A stretch of 64,000 nt of DNA from Amoebophrya sp. A120 (taxonomy: Eukaryota > Protista > Dinoflagellata), in NCBI GenBank assembly GCA_905178155.1, contig CAJINV010000004.1, forward strand, positions 9,648,625 through 9,712,624. Direction: 5' to 3'. The notes under the pieces are model-generated. The model was not told the origin of the DNA. It made no database searches and saw nothing but the letters and a program-made list of their open reading frames with translations. A program made the translations under genes and the position numbers. Of the stretch, positions 58,801 through 64,000 are shown piece by piece; positions within the stretch are counted from its first letter, which is position 1; every line of letters starts with the position of its first letter.

Positions 58801-61646
58801 ACTAGAATTATACCAGCAGGAGCAACAAGATCTCTTGATGAACACAAACAACAGAAGTACTTCTCTCCGAGGGTCCTCTTCGTCCTCTGCTTCGAAAATG
58901 GACAAAAAACGTCGACCCTTCTACCTCCGTGCGGGCTCCTCGCGGAACAAGCACGCCTTGTCCCACTCCGCCTTCGAATTGCCCGGCGTGTTGCAGAAAA
59001 AACGGAAACTCGGGACCGTGAGGAAGCCGCCCCCGCTTGATTTCGGCGAGCTGGATTACGAAAAGGCGAAACAAGCCGGCTTGCACCACTTGATCCCGGC
59101 GGAGAAACTTGATGTTTATCCCGCTGGGGTCGTTTATCAAATGCAAATATGTCTGGGTCTGGAAGGTTGCAACTTGTGATGCTGTTCTTGGATTCTAAAA
59201 AAAATCTGTATTGCATGACCAGCAAGAGGAGCCCAGTTTGTGCTACGCGGGCGGGAGGCCATTTCTCATGCGGAATATTGCATCAGAAAGCCCTCTGAAA
59301 ATCTGTGAAGATGCTAGGCCACGCATTACAGGAATCATGGGTCATGCAAAATGTGCATGACAACCCTAGCATCTCTCCAGACCCAGACATATTTGCAATT
59401 GATATCGTCACCCCCGGAGCGATTTCCGCGAACGAGGAAGCGTCCGCGGCGTCCACACACGGAGGAAGGGATATCAACTGTAAAAATGTCTGGGTCTGGA
59501 AGATTCTAAACTTGTGATGCTGTCTCTGGATTCTGAAAAAAATTGTAATGCATGACCAGCAAGAGGACTCCAGTTTGTGCTACGCGGAGAGGTCATTTCT
59601 CATGCTGTAGAGGCATCACAAAGCGCTCTAAAAATATGTGATGCTACGGCATGCATCACAGACATCATGGGTCATGGAAAATATGCATGACAAATCTAGA
59701 AGTCTTCCAGACCCAGACATTTTTACATTTGATAAGGGATAACGAAGACGCAACTAACTCCCTCGAGATGAACACCAACAGCCTGGTGGACCTCGGTGAG
59801 ACCACACTGACCGCTTCGAAGCAGGAGATCGGGCGGTCGATGGGCAGGCGTATGAAATGCAAAAGCATCGTACTCGTATAAATCGCATGACAAATCTCCT
59901 CAGCATGAGAAATATAATTTGTAATGCGGATTCAACTTGAGAAGGAAATTTGTAATGCATGAATGCGATTAATAGTACGACTACGATACTTTTGCACAGG
60001 ATAAGGCGGACCAGAATCCTGTTCGGGAATCTGATCAACTCGCACAACATATCCCCCAGAAAAAGACCGACAGGTCATATTTGTAATGCAAAAATAAATA
60101 GACAAAAAAATCTGTATTGCATGCCCTAAACAGGATGCTATGGCCTCGCCCATGACAGATTTTCCTGTGTATTTATTTTTGCATTACAAATATGACCTGT
60201 CGGTCTTTTTCTGTGGGATACAACAAGAAGCGGCTTGTCGCAGGAGCCTCGGCTCCGCGGGACAGTGCCGCCGGACGTGCAGCCCCGCAGCCGAGTTCTT
60301 ACATGGTGGCACAGAAACGGCGGGACCAAATGCGCGGCCGCGCGAGATCTCGGTCTCCCTTCTTTTCGACGAGGAATGAGGATGATTTGGAGAAAAATCA
60401 TTTTGGTTCATCTCAACATCTCCAGTTGTACAACGACGAGTTATCGGGTACCACGATGACAAACGCCGACTTGCACCAGCACAACTATCAGCGGTCCCAG
60501 TCCGCCGGTACGCAGCCCTTTCAGCAACAGGAGGAGGAGAAGATGCAAACGCAGCTGCTCGCGATGCACTTCGAGTCCAAGTCGAAGCAGCAAGACGAGC
60601 GGATCTTGCACGCGCAGCAGTACGCGAGACAACTGGAGCTCAAGATGAAGCAGATGCAGAAGCGCGCCGAGCTCGCGGAAGAGAAGTTCCACATGCTTCG
60701 CTACGCCCAGCAGGAGGCGGGGGCGCCCAGCAAACTGCGGCTCGCGGGGGAGACCTTCGAAACGCAAATCCAAGCGGCTATGGCGATGGACGCGGCGCAG
60801 GCGGATCCGCAGCAGATGGCCCGGGTCGTGCACGACCTGGAGCAACAGCACAACCGGATGCTATCAAATGCAAAAATGTCCGGGTCTGGAAGAGTGCATG
60901 TTTGTCATGCTTGTCGGGCATGACTCTTAAATCTGTAATGCACGCTACCCAAGAGCCCAATTTTGCTGTCATGCAGAAACGCAGTTTGTCATGCAGAATA
61001 GGCAACATCTAGAAGCTCAAAAGCTTTGTCATGCTGAGCCAGCACTTGTGGCGTCTTCATGATACGCCACCCAGCATCACAAGTTTCCAGACCCAGACAT
61101 ATTGGCAATGCATAGATGCTGGGAAAGTGCAAGGTGGAACTCGCGAACAAGGAGGCGAAAATATCCTGAGTAAAAATATCCCCACCCCAGAGTTGTCATG
61201 CAAATCTGCATGCCAAAAAAGTTTCTCATGCGAAGCCCCATGAGAAGCTTTTTCTAGTCGCGTTTTGGGATTTGTGATGCTAGAAATAGCATGAAGTGCT
61301 AGATCTGTGATGCTGCTGAACTAGCTAAACAGGATCACACAAGGAAGACAAATTTGTCATGCGAAGCAACCAAAGTTGGCTGATTTGTCTAGCAGGTTTC
61401 CCATATTGACTCTGGTAATATGGGGATGTTTTTACTCAGGATAGAAAATGGACAAGATCCGCGCGTTCGCAAAGGACCGAATCGAGAAGCTGCAGCTGAA
61501 AGTCAAAGAAATGGAGCAGCAAAACTCGAAGCTGGTCGACGTTCCGGCGGAAAAATTTGACCAACGGATCAAGTTCTTGACGGACCGGGGCGTGGAGCTG
61601 GAAAAGCAAAAAGCAAAATTGACGAAGAAGAACGCGGACCTGGAGG
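55812..61646 (+). CDS. 3'-partial hypothetical protein (N-terminal transmembrane segments, Ser-rich middle, C-terminal coiled coil) interrupted by 12 introners
   Basis: All 12 junctions restore one frame: FSTMAV, FARTRV, VYTVVS, DFGLPV, FGGNKK, PASDLP, GVVTPG, GRDNED, MGRRTR, SHNKKR, NRMLGK, EAKMDK. Confidence 0.8.
56018..56167. mobile_element. Introner family B, DR ACCAT
   Basis: TATCCTGTGCAAAAGTATCGTACTCGTAG / CTACTAGTACGATACTTTTGCAATGCATA. Confidence 0.93.
56222..56483. mobile_element. Introner family A, DR CCAGG
   Basis: TATCAACCGTAAAAATGTCTGGGTCTGGAA / CTTCCAGACCCAGACACTTTTGCAATCCATA. Confidence 0.93.
56619..56897. mobile_element. Introner family C, DR CACCG/CACTG
   Basis: TATCCTATGTAGAAACGTCCCCACCCCATAGT / ACTATGGGGTGGGGACGTTTTTACATAGGATA. 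Confidence 0.93.
56958..57237. mobile_element. Introner family C, DR GGGTT
   Basis: TATCCTGAGTAAAAACGTACCCACACCA / TGGTGTGGGTACGTTTTTACTCAGGATA. Confidence 0.95.
58064..58328. mobile_element. Introner family A, DR AGGGA
   Basis: TATCAAATGCAAAAATGTCTGGGTCTGGAAG / TCTAGACCCAGACATATTTGCAATCCATA. Confidence 0.93.
58384..58691. mobile_element. Introner singleton family, DR CTTCG
   Basis: Imperfect TIR of about 55 bp, TATGGATGTGTCAGAGTTGAAATCGACAAAGTTGAAAT / ATTTCAACTTTGTTAATTTCAATCCTGACAGTTCCATA. Confidence 0.92.
59135..59404. mobile_element. Introner family A, DR TCGTT/TCGTC
   Basis: TATCAAATGCAAATATGTCTGGGTCTGGAAG / TCCAGACCCAGACATATTTGCAATTGATA. Confidence 0.93.
59472..59734. mobile_element. 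Introner family A, DR AGGGA
   Basis: TATCAACTGTAAAAATGTCTGGGTCTGGAAG / CTTCCAGACCCAGACATTTTTACATTTGATA. Confidence 0.95.
59851..60003. mobile_element. Introner family B, DR AGGCG
   Basis: TATGAAATGCAAAAGCATCGTACTCGTA / TACGACTACGATACTTTTGCACAGGATA. Confidence 0.93.
60050..60220. mobile_element. Introner singleton family, almost fully palindromic (arms about 65-70 bp), DR CAACA
   Basis: TATCCCCCAGAAAAAGACCGACAGGTCATATTTGTAATGCAAAAATAAATA / TATTTATTTTTGCATTACAAATATGACCTGTCGGTCTTTTTCTGTGGGATA. Confidence 0.95.
60862..61114. mobile_element. Introner family A, DR GATGC
   Basis: TATCAAATGCAAAAATGTCCGGGTCTGGAAG / TTCCAGACCCAGACATATTGGCAATGCATA. Confidence 0.93.
61162..61443. mobile_element. Introner family C, DR GAAAA
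   Basis: TATCCTGAGTAAAAATATCCCCA / TGGGGATGTTTTTACTCAGGATA. Confidence 0.95.
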
Positions 61647-61794
61647 TATAACTCCTATTGCTGAGCAGGGGCAGTTAAAATTTTGCAACAGGGAGGAAAA
61701 TCGTCCACGCCGAAAATTTTTTTACAATTTTCAAACTTTCCAAATCTCTCGCGATTTGGGAAGTCGCCCAACGCCCAACGCCCAACGCCCAACG

Positions 61795-62600
61795 GCCATT
61801 TTGCAGCTCGCAATATTTTTGCAGCTCGCAATATTTTCAAGCCCGAAATATTTTCAAGCTCGAAATATTTCCAAGCCCGAAATATTTTCAAGCTCGGAAT
61901 ATTTTCCAGCTCGGAGTATTTTCAAGCTCGAAATATTTTCCAGCTCGAAACATTTTCCAGCTCGAAATATTTTCCAGCTCGAAATATTTTCCAGCTCGAA
62001 ATATTTTCCAGCTCGAAATATTTCCCAGCTCGAAATATTTTCCAGCTCGAAATATTTTCCAGCTCGAAATATTTTCCAGCGGCCATTTTGCAGCTCGCAA
62101 TATTTTTGCAGCTCGCAATATTTTCAAGCCCGAAAAATTTTCAAGCTCGAAATATTTTCAAGCCCGAAATATTTTTAAGCTCGGAATATTTTCCAGCTCG
62201 GAGTATTTTCAAGCTCGAAATATTTTCCAGCTCGAAACATTTCCCAGCTCGAAATATTTTCCAGCTCGAAATATTTTCCAGCTCGAGCAAATATTTTCCA
62301 GCTCGAACAAATATTCCCCAGCTCGAAACATTTTCCAGCTCGAGCAAATATTTTCCAGCTCGAACAAATATTCCCCAGCTCGAAACATTTTCCAGCTCGG
62401 AATATTTTCCGGCTCGAAATATTTTCCGGCTCGAAATATTTGCCGGCTCGAAATATTTTCCGGCTCGAAATCTTTTCCGGCTCGAAATATTTTCCGGCTC
62501 GAAATATTTCCCGGCTCGAAATATTTTCCGGCTCGAAATATTTTCCGGCTGGAAATATTTCCCAGCTCAAAAATATTTTGCAGCGCAAAATATTTTGCAG
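61795..62600. repeat. 17-bp minisatellite (GAAATATTTTCCAGCTC)n with variants
   Basis: About 45 tandem units with higher-order duplication (block near 61795 recurs near 62082); preceded by (CGCCCAA)4. Confidence 0.95.
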
Positions 62601-62769
62601 GGTCGCTCGGATCTGCGCGGTCGCGTGGCACTTCCTTACTGAAATCCCTAAGGAAAAAAAAACTTCAGCTGATCGCGCGTCCGAGGAGAGCAACGCGATC
62701 AGGCAGCCGAAGCCCGAAGGTGGCGATCGCATCCCTGCAAGTTGTACGCACGGGGATTGTCGCCTGTCC

Positions 62770-63350
62770 TACTGAGAAATCCTTTCCCTGGGTAGCCAGA
62801 ATTGCTGTGCTAAACACAGCAACTCGGGGAAAACAACCGAAATCCTCCCTCCCCTTACCCATACCCTCCCACTATGCCAATATCCCCACACTATCCTGAT
62901 ACCCTCCCAATACCCTACTCGGAAATCTTTCCCCTGGGTAGCCAGAATTGCTGTGCTAAACGCAGCAACTCGGGCAAAAGAGCAAACTTTCCCCATCCGT
63001 TGCCAGTATCCTCCAACTATCCTGAAGACACCCTCCCACTATCCTATTGGAAATCTTTCTCCTGGGTAGCCAGAATTGTTGTGCTAAACACAGCAACTCT
63101 AGAAAAACAAACATCCTCTCACTATCCTGATACCCTCCCAGTATCGTGCTGAAAACCCGATCCCCGGGTAGCCAGAAGAGCTATGCTGAGCGCGCCAATT
63201 ACAAACAAGAAACAAACTTTTGTCATTCGGTCCCAATATCCTGGCACTAGAAAGGTAGCCCCCCATTACCCCAATGCCTTGCCATTGGGCCAATGTCTTC
63301 CCCGGGTAGCCGGAATAGCTGTGCTAAACACAGCAACTCGGGGAAAAAAA
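62770..63350 (+). repeat. Dispersed tandem units of about 120-240 bp with core CCTGGGTAGCCAGAATTGCTGTGCTAAACACAGCAACTC
   Basis: Core at about 62787, 62933, 63061 and 63302, partial at 63163; contains the hairpin GCTGTG-CTAAA-CACAGC. Confidence 0.85.
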
Positions 63351-64000
63351 CCGAAAAGCCCCGCGATCCCTCCTGGAAATCCCCTTAGGCATCTCCGCCC
63401 GGGCTTCCGCCTGGATATGCCTTGAGGTGTCTTGCTTCGCCTGAAGTTGCAGCAACGCCCGCGCTGCAGATGCCTTCTCAAAGTGTGTCCAGCTGGATTC
63501 CCAGATAGAAATGTATGGAGCAGGCCCCTTCGCCTTCAGCTGCAAATCCAGCTGGAAACACTTTGAACAGGCCGGGTGGGAAATGCATCGAAAAGGCGTC
63601 TGCAGCTGCGTTTCCAGGTGGAAATGCGCTGCGGATGCCTTTTCCAAATGTTTCCAGCTGGATTTCCAGCTGGAAATACACTGAAAAAGCGTGTGCCGCC
63701 GTTGGGTGGGGAACGCCACCGGCGGCCAAGCACCAGGCGAGCAGCTGCCCACCACCCTCCCCCGGCGCCCTCCCTGCTCTGTTCGCGGAGGGAAAGTCGC
63801 GCCCCAGCGCCAGGCTTGCAGGCGAGCAGCTGCCCACCACCCTTCCCCGGCGCCCTCCCTCTGTTCACGAAGAGGTCGGCAGAGGGCGCCACCATCCGCC
63901 GTCTCTGTCTTGGAGGGTGCGCGCGAGGGAAGCAGGCGGGGGCGCAAGCAACAGGCTGCATGCGGGCGAACACGGGGGGCGCCGTTGTTGTTCGGGGTGC

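Noticed and set aside
1003-59851. Treating the elements as ordinary GT-AG introns because many left junctions read G|TAT
   Set aside because: About half of the DRs do not end in G, and the frame-restoring 3' boundary gives AG in only one case found.
2287-61114. Recurring peptides KMSGSGR / FQTQTFLH / CKNVWVWK / AKVSY in many short ORFs as a repeat protein family
   Set aside because: They are translations of introner TIRs, not protein motifs.
61795-62600. CRISPR-like array
   Set aside because: The units are directly adjacent with no unique spacers, there are no cas genes, and the context is eukaryotic.
61683-62775. ORFs of 319, 185 and 140 aa with repeated ARNIFQLEIFSSSKYFP
   Set aside because: They are translations of the 17-bp minisatellite, open in several frames on both strands.

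Overview
Eukaryotic (alveolate-like) genomic DNA, most consistent with the parasitic dinoflagellate Amoebophrya; this is inferred from the intron style, not from a marker gene. The dominant signal is about 26 complete (plus 2-3 partial) non-canonical intron-like elements, mostly 150-310 bp. Each starts TAT, ends ATA, has family-specific terminal inverted repeats (TIRs) and is flanked by a 5-bp direct repeat (DR). Removing the element plus one DR restores the reading frame in every case traced by hand. The reconstructed genes, all on the + strand, are: an erythromycin-esterase / UBE2J-like E2 / RING-CH / DUF179 fusion (<930-5020), snurportin-1 (38507-42371), an intact WDR74/Nsa1 gene with no elements (43230-45699), a partial Nsa1 paralog with six elements (48485-50894), two paralogous small secreted Cys-rich proteins, and a membrane/coiled-coil protein with 12 elements (55812->61646). 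Also present: a 5'-truncated RT-RNase H non-LTR retrotransposon (about 34.1-38.4 kb, minus strand), an element-free region (about 5-21.5 kb) with orphan ORFs and an atypical kinase, satellite arrays at the right end, and a 9.64-kb inverted duplication (21745-31384 / 45254-54893) bounded by Ns that is probably an assembly artefact.
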